Virus record (IMG/VR): IMGVR_UViG_2751185671_000004 | Coordinates: 106,233 to 170,232 of that record | Source: a virus | Lineage: Duplodnaviria > Caudoviricetes | Length of the DNA: 64,000 nt | Direction: 5' to 3' (one strand) | Shown: one piece after another, positions 30,062 to 41,189 of the stretch | Numbering within the stretch: position 1 is the first letter of the stretch | Layout: each line of letters opens with the position of its first letter | Notes under the pieces: generated by a model | Told to the model about the DNA's origin: nothing | What the model saw: the letters and a program-made list of their open reading frames with translations, nothing else | The model's database searches: none | Made by a program: the position numbers and the translations under genes

Positions 30062-30723
30062 TGTTTAAACTTACAATTCAGCTGACTATCGTTTTCGTAT
30101 TCATGGGGTCCATTTTTAACTCTTGTTATGCAGAGAAATCGACCGTGGAAAATGACGAAATCATAAAATTGTTAAAATCGCAAATTATGGATGCTGATTT
30201 TCAGAATGTTCTATCTAGCTCTGATGATGTTGATATACAGAGTTTGATAAATAGAAGCGATTTTACGATTTACAAAATTTCATTTCATGATTTGGGTTTG
30301 AATGAACATGATTTCACTTTTGCTCTAAATGAAAATTCTGATAAGGTAATTTTGTTAACTGGGTCTTTAAATAATTATAATGAATATATTCTTCCTTTAT
30401 ACTCCAGCCTTTCCCCGTCAAATGTTAAAACGATTGTTGCTGAGTCTTTTCTATTTACGAGGGTGTTTTATAAACAATTTGTTGTTCTTGATGATTTGAG
30501 TAAGGCCGAAGAATGGTTAAGTGAAGAGGCGCTTGGTGCTCTGAAGAAAAATCGTTACAAGATGGATTGCGTGACTGATAATGAGGGTTATATGTGTCAT
30601 GTGCCAATTGTTTTGGGTCGAGATTTGATATTGAGGAAGGTTGTTGTAAAGAAAAGTGATATAGCTTTTGAAGATAGATTAGTTGTCAAAAATGCGAGTA
30701 AGTTTTTTAATCCTCATGACTAA
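30061..30723 (+). CDS. Putative immunity protein for module 1
   Basis: TAATG coupling; signal peptide; paralog of 35084-35731 (LTR..Y, W L, NA.K..D/H at the C-terminus). Confidence 0.75.
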   Translation: MFKLTIQLTIVFVFMGSIFNSCYAEKSTVENDEIIKLLKSQIMDADFQNVLSSSDDVDIQSLINRSDFTIYKISFHDLGLNEHDFTFALNENSDKVILLTGSLNNYNEYILPLYSSLSPSNVKTIVAESFLFTRVFYKQFVVLDDLSKAEEWLSEEALGALKKNRYKMDCVTDNEGYMCHVPIVLGRDLILRKVVVKKSDIAFEDRLVVKNASKFFNPHD

Positions 30724-30746
30724 CATTTAAATAAGACACCCACCTT

Positions 30747-30776
30747 AAGCCCTAGATTTTTAACCTAGGGCTTTTT
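30747..30776 (+). terminator. Conserved module-end hairpin
   Basis: AAGCCCTAG-loop-CTAGGGCTTTTT. Confidence 0.75.
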
Positions 30777-30983
30777 ATTATTTACTGTCTTATCCTCTTA
30801 TATATTATTTTCCACCTCACTTATCACAGGTCACCACCAAACACCTATCCCTGACCCTCACCTTGACCGGCGCATTAATCTCAAACCCCGCTTGAATTAA
30901 CCAATGGCCTTATTCATTACACCACCTTTGATGAGCCGGATGAAAACACTGACGGCACCACCACGACGCGCTATATCGGCAAA

Positions 30984-32567
30984 GTGGAAAAACTCACCCA
31001 CCCCGATGGCACTCAAAGTATTAAACGCTATCTTCCTGGTGGGGCTTTAGTCACCATTAAATTAGACAGTGCGGGTAGTCGTGTTAATCAAGAGACTCAA
31101 TACCTCCATAAAGATCACTTGGGATCATTGGATGTAATTACCAATGCAATGGGCACTATTGCGCAAGACGAAAGTGGTAGAGATCTCGTTTTCAGCTTTG
31201 ATGCGTGGGGACAAAAACGTGCGGCGCTAGATTGGTCGACCTTAATGGATAACGCGTTAAGTGATTTTAATACGCTGGTGGTCACCTCCCCTATTACACG
31301 GGGTTTTACCATGCACGAGCATTTGGATGCAGTGGGCTTAATTCATATGAACGGCCGTATTTACGATCCAAGGCTTGGCCGTTTTATGCAAGCCGATCCC
31401 TTTGTGCAAGCAGCGAGTAATACGCAAAGTTACAACCGGTATAGTTATGTGTTTAATAATCCCCTTAATGCCACCGACCCTAGTGGGTATTTTAGTGTGG
31501 GTGGATTTTTAGGCGCAGTACAAACAATCGTAACCGCCATCGCCGCCATTTATTGCCAAGCGTGCATTCCCTATATTTCCGCCGCATTTGGGGCAGTACA
31601 CGCCGCACGAGCCGGCGGTGATTTAGGGGATATTGCCCGTGCCGCCGTCAGTAGCTACGCCTCGGCCAGTATTACTTCTTCATATTTAGCCGATGGCTTT
31701 TCATGGGAAGGCTTACTTCAAGTCGCGGTAGCCGGCGGTATTACCAACGTGCTCAATAACGGCAAATTTGGCCATGGATTTATCAGCGCCGGTGTCGGCA
31801 CAGCGCTAGGAGGGAAACTCGCGCCAGTCGCCAACGAAACGACGAATAACATATTAAAAGGCCTTGGCAGTATCGTGCTTAGTGGTACAATTTCCAAAGC
31901 AACCGGTGGGAAGTTTGCTAATGGGGCGGGCAGTGCCGCTTTTGCTTGGGCGGTTAGGGCTGGGATAAGTTCTCGGCAGTCTGTTCTACAAGATAGCGGT
32001 CATGGCAATACGCCTATAGGAGAATGCGCTTCAAAGGGCAAATGCCATTTTAATGATTTTACACCCGAAGAAAGAGCTGCGATTCAAAAGAAAATTGATA
32101 CTCTTTCTGTAGACTTACAAAACAAACCTTTTAATTCTACAGAAGACGCAGCCATTGCTTTACATGAGTCAGGTTTAGTTGAATATGGTAGTGAGCTAGG
32201 CATAGAACTTTGGGCAAAAATAGATGATCAAAATAATATATATGAAGTTTCAACAGGTTTTGATCATAGTGCAGCTATTGGTGCAACTGAAACTTTACCC
32301 TATAAGCATAGTGCTTGGCATACTCATCCAAGCGGTAACTGGGTTCATGCTGGAGATTTGGAAGCAATAATAAATAGAGGTGGAGCCGCTGTATTTGCTT
32401 CTGGAAGAGAGCTTAGTAGGATGAGAAATCCTAATTTTGATCCAGCTACGAGAATTGGTAGTGGGTCGCTTAAAGATTTTTCAAGATATAGAAGATCAGT
32501 AGGCAAATTTAAATTTGAAGTTTATAACGATGGACTATGGGATACTTATGAAACACGTGGCCACTAA
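30984..32567 (+). CDS. Orphan Rhs module 2 with JAB/MPN-like tip
   Basis: Core near-identical to the main gene; tip has IELW...WHTHPSG...GD. Confidence 0.8.
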   Translation: MEKLTHPDGTQSIKRYLPGGALVTIKLDSAGSRVNQETQYLHKDHLGSLDVITNAMGTIAQDESGRDLVFSFDAWGQKRAALDWSTLMDNALSDFNTLVVTSPITRGFTMHEHLDAVGLIHMNGRIYDPRLGRFMQADPFVQAASNTQSYNRYSYVFNNPLNATDPSGYFSVGGFLGAVQTIVTAIAAIYCQACIPYISAAFGAVHAARAGGDLGDIARAAVSSYASASITSSYLADGFSWEGLLQVAVAGGITNVLNNGKFGHGFISAGVGTALGGKLAPVANETTNNILKGLGSIVLSGTISKATGGKFANGAGSAAFAWAVRAGISSRQSVLQDSGHGNTPIGECASKGKCHFNDFTPEERAAIQKKIDTLSVDLQNKPFNSTEDAAIALHESGLVEYGSELGIELWAKIDDQNNIYEVSTGFDHSAAIGATETLPYKHSAWHTHPSGNWVHAGDLEAIINRGGAAVFASGRELSRMRNPNFDPATRIGSGSLKDFSRYRRSVGKFKFEVYNDGLWDTYETRGH

Positions 32568-33093
32568 ATTTTTCGTATTATTTTTATTTTTTAATTTTAG
32601 TAATTCACTTGCCTATGAAAAAAATATTGAAGATACCAGTTATTTTTCTGAAAAAGACTCAATTGCATTTGTACTAAAATTAAGTGGGAAAATTGGATGC
32701 GGATATTTTAATTCACTCCTGCATAAAAATCATATATCTACAACTCATAACTGTGATAAAAAGCTAATTCAGAATAGATTGGATAATTTAAGTAAGGATA
32801 TAAAATACGAATCTTTTCTCATTGTAAATAATATAAGAGGCAAGTTTCAGCCAGGACAAATAATCAAAGTGCCTTACGACAGAAACCCTGGCCCATCGAC
32901 CTTACAGACAGGTGAAGAGGGTGTTATATTTTTTAAAAAATTGACTCATGAGGGTAGAGACATTTATTTGTATAGCAGCTGTGATGTTTTTTACTCAGAA
33001 GATATGGTAGATTATTTCTCTTCACAGGAAAACTATAGTAAAGATACTTTGATTGATTACATTATTAACAAAAAACTTTCTAGTTGTAGCTGA
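32548..33093 (+). CDS. Putative immunity protein for module 2
   Basis: Overlaps the toxin stop; signal peptide ending SLA. Confidence 0.7.
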   Translation: MKHVATKFFVLFLFFNFSNSLAYEKNIEDTSYFSEKDSIAFVLKLSGKIGCGYFNSLLHKNHISTTHNCDKKLIQNRLDNLSKDIKYESFLIVNNIRGKFQPGQIIKVPYDRNPGPSTLQTGEEGVIFFKKLTHEGRDIYLYSSCDVFYSEDMVDYFSSQENYSKDTLIDYIINKKLSSCS

Positions 33094-33120
33094 CTAATTA
33101 ACAGACAATACAACTATCCA

Positions 33121-33145
33121 AAGCCCTAGTTAACTAGGGCTTTTT
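33121..33145 (+). terminator. Conserved module-end hairpin
   Basis: AAGCCCTAGTTAACTAGGGCTTTTT. Confidence 0.75.
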
Positions 33146-33613
33146 ATTTTTTGCATTTCAGGCTACATAATTTACAATCTAACTGTTGATGACCAAATTG
33201 GCATAGTAGTTTTGGCCAATTTGTTGGTCGTAGTATGTGTTAAAAATAAGTAAGCGGTGGACTAACTCCACAATTTTAGTTAGGTGTAGCGTCCCACTTT
33301 ACTCTCATACTTTGAACCAAATTATTCATCATACGATTGCCGTATAAATGCACAGTATTACCCCATTACTATCGTACACTAAAATAGCAGTACCACATTA
33401 TTATCATACTTCTTTCCACACTCGCATCATAACCTTTGTGGATAACTATTTTTGATAACGAGAAGTCGAAAAAAAAGGGGGTTCGCCCCTTCATGATGTT
33501 TGTTTTAATGCTAGCGCAGCGAGCATTAAAAAGACCGGGTGAAGTCGTCAATAGAAGAAGAATGATATTCCTCTTTGATGTCCACGCCCGTTTTGTTTTA
33601 AGCCACTTGCTGC

Positions 33614-35087
33614 TTGGGCACTCAAAGTATTAAACGCTATCTTCCTGGTGGGGCTTTAGTCACCATTAAATTGGATGCATCAGGTACACGTGTTAATCAA
33701 GACACTCAATACCTCCATAAAGATCACTTGGGATCGTTGGATGTAATTACCAATGCAATGGGCACTATTGCGCAAGATAATAGCGGACGCGATTTAGTCT
33801 TTAGCTTTGATGCGTGGGGACAAAAACGTGCGGCGTTGGATTGGTCGACCTTAATGGATAACGCGTTAAGTGATTTTAATACGCTGGTGGTCACCTCCCC
33901 TATTACGCGGGGTTTTACCATGCACGAGCATTTGGATGCGGTGGGCTTAATTCATATGAATGGCCGCATCTACGATCCAAGACTCGGCCGTTTTATGCAA
34001 GCTGATCCGTTTATTCAAGCAGCAAGTAATACGCAAAGTTATAACCGATATAGCTACATTAACGGCGATCGTGGCTGTGTCTTGTCAAGCCTGTTTGCCT
34101 GCGCTTGCAGGAATGTTTGGTGCGTTGGATGCCGCCATTGCCGATGGTAATTTAGGGGATATCGCTTTGTCGGCAGTCAGCAGTTATATATCAGCCAGTA
34201 TCACCTCCTCATTTCTCGCTGAAGAATTTTCCTGGACGGGACTGCTTAAAGTCGCTGTGGCCGGCGGTATTACCAGCCTGCTCAATAACGGCAAATTTGG
34301 GCATGGATTTATTAGCGCCGGTGTTGGCACAGCGCTAGGAGGGAAACTCGCGCCAGTCGCCAACGAAACGGCGAATAACATATTAAAAGGCCTTGGCAGT
34401 ATCATGCTTAGTGGTACAATTTCCAAAGCAACAGGAGGGAAGTTTGCAAATGGAGCGGGAAGTGCTGCGTTCGTTTGGGCTGTTAGGGCTGGGATTCGGG
34501 GAGAGACCACAGCCCCCCTAGCGCCACAAACTGGCGGTGTTTCGGATCTGTCTATGGATTGGACTGCCGATGATATTGTAAGAGTATCTTCGGAGTCTGA
34601 ATTTGCTCGTAAGTTAATGAGTAGTTTGAAAGTTAACGTCGAAATTGTCAACGACAAAACTACATCAAGTAAATATGATCTAAGTGAAAATACTATTATA
34701 GTTAATAGGCGAACTTCGAGGACTTTAGGTGCTGCCCTTAAAACATTCGCTCATGAGTTAGGGCATGTTTACCAACATGCAAATAATATTAATGTTACAA
34801 GAGGTGCTAGAAGAGAGCCTAACCGTCAAAGATACATTGATGTAAGGATAAGAAATGAAGCAGCAGCAACAGCGTATGCCGCAGAAATTTATAAACAGCT
34901 AGGTAAGTTTGAAAGCCTAAGTTTTCCTCCAGTGCCAGTTAATGTAGATGCTTTTCTTGGGATGAATATTCAACAAAGAACAGATTACTTAATCCCCAGT
35001 TACTATAATGGGAAAATAAATAATCGTTTTGGTTCCTATGTCGACTATTATGGAAATTCTTGGGATAGGGCTAATGGGGTAGATTGA
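33614..35087 (+). pseudogene. Orphan Rhs module 3, frameshifted by a deletion of the DPxG region; HExxH tip
   Basis: Net 86-bp deletion at ~34058 relative to 23867-23953; tip FAHELGHVYQ...RNEAAA, ending YGNSWDR like module 1. Confidence 0.85.
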
Positions 35088-35731
35088 GAGCTTATATGAT
35101 AAATATATTTAAACAAATGCTTTTTTTATTTGCATATTTCCAATGCACAGATTTATTCGCTGATGATTTAATAGGGTCTAAATTAAATGAACTAAAAAAT
35201 AGGTCAAGCTTCCTTGAGTTTGTAAGTTCTTATGATAATTATGAAATAAAGAAATTTAAGTTGGGGTGCCTTAAAATTGAAGGCTTTTATGAGGTTTTAG
35301 CATTTGGCGAAGACTACGAGAGAATTCCAGGGTTTGTTTTTTATTTTGATGCAGAGTATTTTGGGATCGTGACAGAAAGCATTTCTGTTCTTAATGATGT
35401 ACTCCTAAAGAAAAAAAGCCAATTTTTATATCAACCTGATGAATGCCTGACTGAAGATATTTTAAATCTTACAAGGCCTCAATATAGAATTTTCAAAATA
35501 ATAAAAACGCCTGCCAATGCAGACAAATGGTTGCTGGAAAAGTTTGTGCCAAAAGATCAGAGCTCCTACTTCAATAAGGTTGTGACGGATAAAGGTTTTA
35601 AACATGACTTAATTATACTTGATGGTACAAACCTTTATAGGCGAGAAGTCTTATTTGTAGATAAACGAGTAGAGTTCAATGACGTTTTAGTATCAAGAAA
35701 TGCCGCAAAGATATACGATACACATAATTAA
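35084..35731 (+). CDS. Putative immunity protein for module 3
   Basis: Overlaps the toxin stop; signal peptide; paralog of 30061-30723. Confidence 0.75.
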   Translation: MRAYMINIFKQMLFLFAYFQCTDLFADDLIGSKLNELKNRSSFLEFVSSYDNYEIKKFKLGCLKIEGFYEVLAFGEDYERIPGFVFYFDAEYFGIVTESISVLNDVLLKKKSQFLYQPDECLTEDILNLTRPQYRIFKIIKTPANADKWLLEKFVPKDQSSYFNKVVTDKGFKHDLIILDGTNLYRREVLFVDKRVEFNDVLVSRNAAKIYDTHN

Positions 35732-35753
35732 CGATAAACAAGCCAACCATATT

Positions 35754-35782
35754 AAGCCCTAGACTTTTATCTAGGGCTTTTT
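35754..35782 (+). terminator. Conserved module-end hairpin
   Basis: AAGCCCTAGA-loop-TCTAGGGCTTTTT. Confidence 0.75.
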
Positions 35783-35871
35783 ATTTTTACCTCTTACATT
35801 TTGTCTTACGTCTCACTTATCACATATTAACCCCCAAAAATTACCTCTCACCCTGATTTTCATTAGTGTAT

Positions 35872-36030
35872 TAATACCACTTGGATCTACAAAAATAGCA
35901 CCACTGGCACTCACCTTGGTGTGCTGCAAAATGTTGAAGATGTGATCAGCGGCTACCGCAAAGTATTTATATACCATGCACTCACGCGCCGTAGTGAAAC
36001 CGCCACCCATCTTACCGCTAAAGACCTGCA
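35872..36030 (+). pseudogene. Short decayed Rhs fragment
   Basis: Matches ~22451-22615 (AATAGCACCACTGGCACTCACCTTGGTGTG...GAAGATGTGATCAGCGG). Confidence 0.8.
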
Positions 36031-36630
36031 TTATGAATTTGAGAGAGTTGGGTATCGTCATGTGTGCGAGTGTTACGAGCATAGAAGATGAGCTTTTTTA
36101 GTGGCCAGGGCACCGCTAAGTCTATAGCGATGAGCGTCATATATATCTTAATATAATAACCAAAAACGGAAAAAACAAAGATATAGGAATACGAAACAAA
36201 AACAAATGAAAAAGTCATACAAAGAAAAATGTACGAACTTGAATATAATAGTGAAAATCTACTAACCGCGAACCACTCAATAATTTCTACTGCCAGCTAA
36301 ACCCAGCGGGCTTGACACCCACCTAAACCAAATGATTATTTTGTATTCTCAAAAAAGATCTCAGACGTTCGAAGAATGTTTTACTAATTTTATCATTGAT
36401 TTTGAAAATCGAAATACCATAGTGAATGAAATTATCAAAGGTAACATTTTTTAAGAGCCATACGATGTTCGAGTGAGAAAATAACAGCAAATATTAAACT
36501 ATAAAAATAAAACAAAAACAGTATTTAAGTTAACTATATAATATATACCTAATACTACTCCTAACAACACGCAAAATTACCATCAAATCTTTTAACTAGC
36601 CTTCCCCACCAAGATCTCGCGGCTAAAAAC

Positions 36631-36658
36631 CGAACTTTTTAATTCATTTAACTACCCA
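36631..36658 (+). promoter_or_regulatory. HrpL-box-like promoter
   Basis: CGAACT-N15-CTACCCA. Confidence 0.55.
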
Positions 36659-36765
36659 TGGAATAACTTATTAAAGATACTTAACTTTATAAATTGTCTA
36701 ATTTTTATAATGTTAATTGTATAACTTGATAATTAAATTAATCATAATTTTCAGGAGCTAATTAA

Positions 36766-37497
36766 TTGATTTTAAGAAACACAATAAGTAATTTTTCTAC
36801 ATGCCCACAGTCCGGAAAAAATATAACCAACGGAAGCCAACCATCCATATTAAACTTCAAGCCAAAAGTTGAAGTGGCTACAGCGTTATTTGGTATTGCA
36901 AAAAGCAACTTGATTGAGCAGGCAGGCTATGAAGTTGGATATGCAACTGGGCCACACAAGAAAAGGCGTGAGGATACACGACCAAATTTAGAAAGTTTCG
37001 CATCGTTACATGGTAAAGATAATCGTCATATGGTTTTTTCAAAAGATGATGGTGAAGACCCAGCAATGGATAGAACAAAAACACTACTCGATACTTACGG
37101 AGTAAGAAATAAGAGTAAAAGAAGGTCTGTTTTTGCTCACGGGAGACGATCCGATGAAGTTCAGCAAAAAAAAGAGGGCGTAGTAAAGATTAAAGATAAA
37201 GACAAAATAATTGAATATAGCCCCTTAGAGTTTTCAGTCGCTGTCAAAAATAAGCTTCCCTCCCCAGCATCTTCAAGAGGTAGCTCTATAGAAATAGGGG
37301 TATGTAATTCTACTATTAAGGGCGCTAATGGAGGCCCTTCAATAGCTCAAAGTTTGGCCAACATGACACGAAGAAACGTACATGCACCAAGCCATGGCCC
37401 ATCTGTGCTCAGAACGGATAAAAAGACAATGCAAGCAACCATAGTACCACAAGACCCAACTGCATATATGCAAGTATTTAAACCTGCTCGCAAATGA
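36766..37497 (+). CDS. Effector-like protein with caspase-fold (C80/DUF4347-like) cysteine protease motifs
   Basis: CAGGAG RBS and TTG start; SVFAHG ... IEIGVCNS ... IAQSLAN...VHAP. Confidence 0.65.
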   Translation: MILRNTISNFSTCPQSGKNITNGSQPSILNFKPKVEVATALFGIAKSNLIEQAGYEVGYATGPHKKRREDTRPNLESFASLHGKDNRHMVFSKDDGEDPAMDRTKTLLDTYGVRNKSKRRSVFAHGRRSDEVQQKKEGVVKIKDKDKIIEYSPLEFSVAVKNKLPSPASSRGSSIEIGVCNSTIKGANGGPSIAQSLANMTRRNVHAPSHGPSVLRTDKKTMQATIVPQDPTAYMQVFKPARK

Positions 37498-38282
37498 TGA
37501 TATTGGGCAACCAAAATTATTTTCTTCACTATAATCGAGTATAAATTCGATACTAAAAAATACAATAATTTATCCTTATGCCTACAAACAAAGATAGTTT
37601 TTACTCATATATAGGGTTTCCTCATATATAGGGTGTCCTCTTCGATATCCGATTTAACTCGGGTATCGAATTATGTTAGCAAGGCGCGGTGTCCAAAAAA
37701 ATTGTTCGCCTTTAACTTCATACCCTTACCTCCGATTAAAGAATATAATCACCAGCGTATAAAAGATTATTTTAATAATAGGAAAATTTCTTGTGTATTA
37801 TCTTTTTTGTACTTAGAAAATATTAGTACCGCTATCTCAAGCTTACCAACCTCAGAAAAAAACACCGCTCAAACTCCAAGGCTGCCACTGCAGAAGGTAT
37901 TTCCCCAAGTTAGCAGTATAAGTGTAAAGTAATAAAACAGAGAGAATAAAGAAGTCTTACACAGGTATCTTTATCTGACAGCCATAAAAATTTCTTAATA
38001 AATCGCACTGGCAGTGTAACAAAATGTTATTCTCTAGATACAGCCTGTTACACATTCTTATATTCTACTAATTGGTTAAGCATATAAAAACATACTTCAA
38101 TCTAAATATCTTTGCGCTCTGCGTTAATTTATTTTTTGAAAGCTAATTAGTTTATACTTCATTTTTATTACAAAATTTTAATCTAAAAAAGTTTATTGTT
38201 CATACTCGGTTCAGTTTAGTTTTATATCATCTTGCTGCTGTTAACCTGTTTTAACATCTATTTTTAATATTTCGAATTTTTT

Positions 38283-41180
38283 ATGAGAGCTTATTATATG
38301 CTTTTTAAAATATGTAAAAAGATTCTACCTGCAGCCGCCATATGCTGCACTGTATTGCAGACCCATGATGCACATGCTATTAACGATCAAGTTGAAAAGA
38401 AAAAATTCAATAGTGAAAGAAAAACGAATAAAACTGTACGAAGTACTAGAGAATATTTTGTACGTTTAAATGTACTTCCACTTATTCCATGGACGAAAAA
38501 CCATGAGAAAAACGCGGCAATCGTAACATCTCAAAGAAAAGTAGAATATGCTAACCAACTTAAGAAGCTAGTTGCAGACAAAATGGCAGAATTCGAATCT
38601 CAGGGTTTAGAGACGAGTGACGCTGTGGTATTAACAGATGTAGGTTTTAGTGTTTATGCTAAGGAAGATGAAATTTTATCATTAAGCAAAAACCCTGGCA
38701 TTAAATCTATCATTGCTAAACAGAAAGTAAAGTTCTATCGCGATCATAGCACTTCTTGGGTTGGTGGAGATCGTGCCCACGCAACTGGTATTACAGGGAA
38801 GGGTCAGGTAATTGCCATAATTGATTCAGGACTTGATTACACGCATAAAGATTTTTCTGGTGACGGTAGCTATTTAAATAATGATCCTAATATATTAGAA
38901 CCGGATTCTTTTCCCACTCAGAGAGTAATCGCTGGCTATGACTTTGTTGGTGATGTTAAAGGCGATGAGGGGCCAAAACCTGATCAAGACCCAATGGATT
39001 TTGATGGACACGGAACCCATGTTGCCGGGATTGCTGCGGGAAATGGTATCGAAGGAATAATCGCTCCAGGTATCGCTCCGGGAGCAAGTTTGATGGGCTA
39101 TAAAGTGGGTTCTGATAATGAGGACTCGGACACAGATGAAGGATTCTTCAATAAGGTCGCTAATGCTATAGAATTGGCAATAGATCCAAATCAGGATGGC
39201 GATATGAGTGATTCAGCTGACGTTATTAACTTGAGCTTGGGAGAACCATTCGGTGATTTATTTGGTCCTGCAACCGTAGCTATAAAAAATGCTGTGGACA
39301 GTGGTGTTTCTGTTGTCCTCGCCGCAGGTAATTCTGGTAATAATGTGCGTTACGACATCAGTAATATTGGTGTTGCAGTTGAAGACTCTATTGTAGTTGC
39401 TTCCAGCGTACCTGGTAACGTACCCAAGATGTTTGTACCGTTAATATCTGATTCTGGAAAGCGTTTTGAGTTTTTTGCAACCTATGCCGACAAAACACTG
39501 GCACCAGCGTTGGATAAGATTATTGTGGGTGATATCACAATGGCAATACCTTTTGATGGATGTTCCAAGTTAAAGAACTCCCTGACAAATAAAATAGCCA
39601 TGATTTCTGCAGATACAAAAAATTGCCAACTCAATGTTAAGTTGAGACATGCCTTACAAGCGAAGGCCGATGCCGTTGTGTTTGCAAGTACATTATCGAA
39701 TCTGCCACAGGAACTAGAAGGTGATAGTGTAGTAAAAATTCCTACATTAATGATCTCATCACAAGATGCCTCACTATTGATTAACGAGTTAGGTAGTAAT
39801 AAAGTTAGAGCTGAACTGGCAAAAACAAATGTCAAACTTTACGAAGCCGATGACAATATAATTTCAGATTTTAGTTCTAGAGGCCCAGGGGCTACTGGGC
39901 TTTTTAAACCAGATATTTCTGCACCAGGATTTAATATAAATTCTACGCGGGCTCGTTCTGGCGATAAAACCGAGGTGTTATCTGGTACTTCTATGGCTTC
40001 ACCGCAAGTGGCTGGTATGGTAGCTTTATTGAAAGAAAAATTCCCTAATTTAAAGCCCTCTGCAATTAAAGCTATCATTCAAAATACTAGTACACCGGCA
40101 AAAGTACTTAACGTCCCCGAAGCAAGTCCACCTTTAAGTTTGCAGGGAACGGGTGTTATCAATATAGAGAAAGCACTTCAAGCTTCAAGTTATGCTTATC
40201 CGGGTGGCATTGGTTTTGGTTTTGTTAATCCCGAATACAATGCTTCAGCTACTCGTTATCTCACCATCACTAATATGTCCGACACAGGGAAACGCTATAC
40301 CATTCACCATGAACCAAATCAAACTTTACCTGGGGATGTTGTCTCAATAAGTATCAATAATGAAGTATATGTCAGCGCAGGTAGTACTCAAAAAATTCCA
40401 GTGAACTTGCATATTAATGCGCATGGTATACAAAATATTATGAGAAATGAAGTGGATGGTTGGTTTGTCATAAATAGCGGTGACGAAGTTATGCGAGTGG
40501 GCTATATGGCAGTGATTAGAGCTGCATCACGCCTAAACTTCAGCCAACACGGCGATATAGTAACACTCCGTAACGATGCCTTTGGCGATGCTATAGCGTA
40601 TCCCTATACATTATCGCTAACACAAGACAAAAATGTAGAAGATGTTAACTCTATAAAAAGTATCGGTTTTCATAGTATTAGTGATCAAGCTATATTGATC
40701 GGTGTTAACGCTAGTAACGATTGGGCAAGCTTCGGGACAAAAGCCTTAGATATGTTAATCGATCATGATGAAGATGGTAACGACGACTTCTTAGTAAGCG
40801 TAGCTCACCTATCATATTTCGGAGAAGAAGGTAATGATTTTGCCGTGAAAGTTGAAGATTTGGTAACGGAAAATGAATTTTTCTTTAGCCCTGCATACCC
40901 CGCTTTTAATAACTCCATTATAAGGTTTGCAATTCCTCAGGACTTTATGAAAAAAGGGGATACGAGTTTCAATTATAGAATTCGTATTAGAGATCGCTCT
41001 GTTTTAAACGAAGAAGGCTTTGTTGGTGGAAAAATAGATTTAACAAAACAGGTGAAATTTGCAGAACCTTCAATTACCATAAAGCCACAACAAGCGGCTT
41101 CGATAAAAGTCAGTGGTTCTGGAGAAAGCCTTTGGCTAACACCCACTGAGAAAAAAGGGCGTCGCTCGTTAGTCAGATAA
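38283..41180 (+). CDS. Secreted S8 subtilase (Vpr-like) with PA domain
   Basis: IIDSG, HGTHVAG, AAGN, FSSRGP, KPDISAPG, GTSMASP; signal peptide. Confidence 0.95.
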   Translation: MRAYYMLFKICKKILPAAAICCTVLQTHDAHAINDQVEKKKFNSERKTNKTVRSTREYFVRLNVLPLIPWTKNHEKNAAIVTSQRKVEYANQLKKLVADKMAEFESQGLETSDAVVLTDVGFSVYAKEDEILSLSKNPGIKSIIAKQKVKFYRDHSTSWVGGDRAHATGITGKGQVIAIIDSGLDYTHKDFSGDGSYLNNDPNILEPDSFPTQRVIAGYDFVGDVKGDEGPKPDQDPMDFDGHGTHVAGIAAGNGIEGIIAPGIAPGASLMGYKVGSDNEDSDTDEGFFNKVANAIELAIDPNQDGDMSDSADVINLSLGEPFGDLFGPATVAIKNAVDSGVSVVLAAGNSGNNVRYDISNIGVAVEDSIVVASSVPGNVPKMFVPLISDSGKRFEFFATYADKTLAPALDKIIVGDITMAIPFDGCSKLKNSLTNKIAMISADTKNCQLNVKLRHALQAKADAVVFASTLSNLPQELEGDSVVKIPTLMISSQDASLLINELGSNKVRAELAKTNVKLYEADDNIISDFSSRGPGATGLFKPDISAPGFNINSTRARSGDKTEVLSGTSMASPQVAGMVALLKEKFPNLKPSAIKAIIQNTSTPAKVLNVPEASPPLSLQGTGVINIEKALQASSYAYPGGIGFGFVNPEYNASATRYLTITNMSDTGKRYTIHHEPNQTLPGDVVSISINNEVYVSAGSTQKIPVNLHINAHGIQNIMRNEVDGWFVINSGDEVMRVGYMAVIRAASRLNFSQHGDIVTLRNDAFGDAIAYPYTLSLTQDKNVEDVNSIKSIGFHSISDQAILIGVNASNDWASFGTKALDMLIDHDEDGNDDFLVSVAHLSYFGEEGNDFAVKVEDLVTENEFFFSPAYPAFNNSIIRFAIPQDFMKKGDTSFNYRIRIRDRSVLNEEGFVGGKIDLTKQVKFAEPSITIKPQQAASIKVSGSGESLWLTPTEKKGRRSLVR

Positions 41181-41189
41181 TTTAGTGCG

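Noticed and set aside
33180-33613. Possible transposase relic between Rhs modules 2 and 3
   Set aside because: No recognisable catalytic motif or terminal repeats
37604-37637. 17-bp tandem duplication CTCATATATAGGGT(T/G)TC
   Set aside because: Two copies only; probably slippage in decaying DNA
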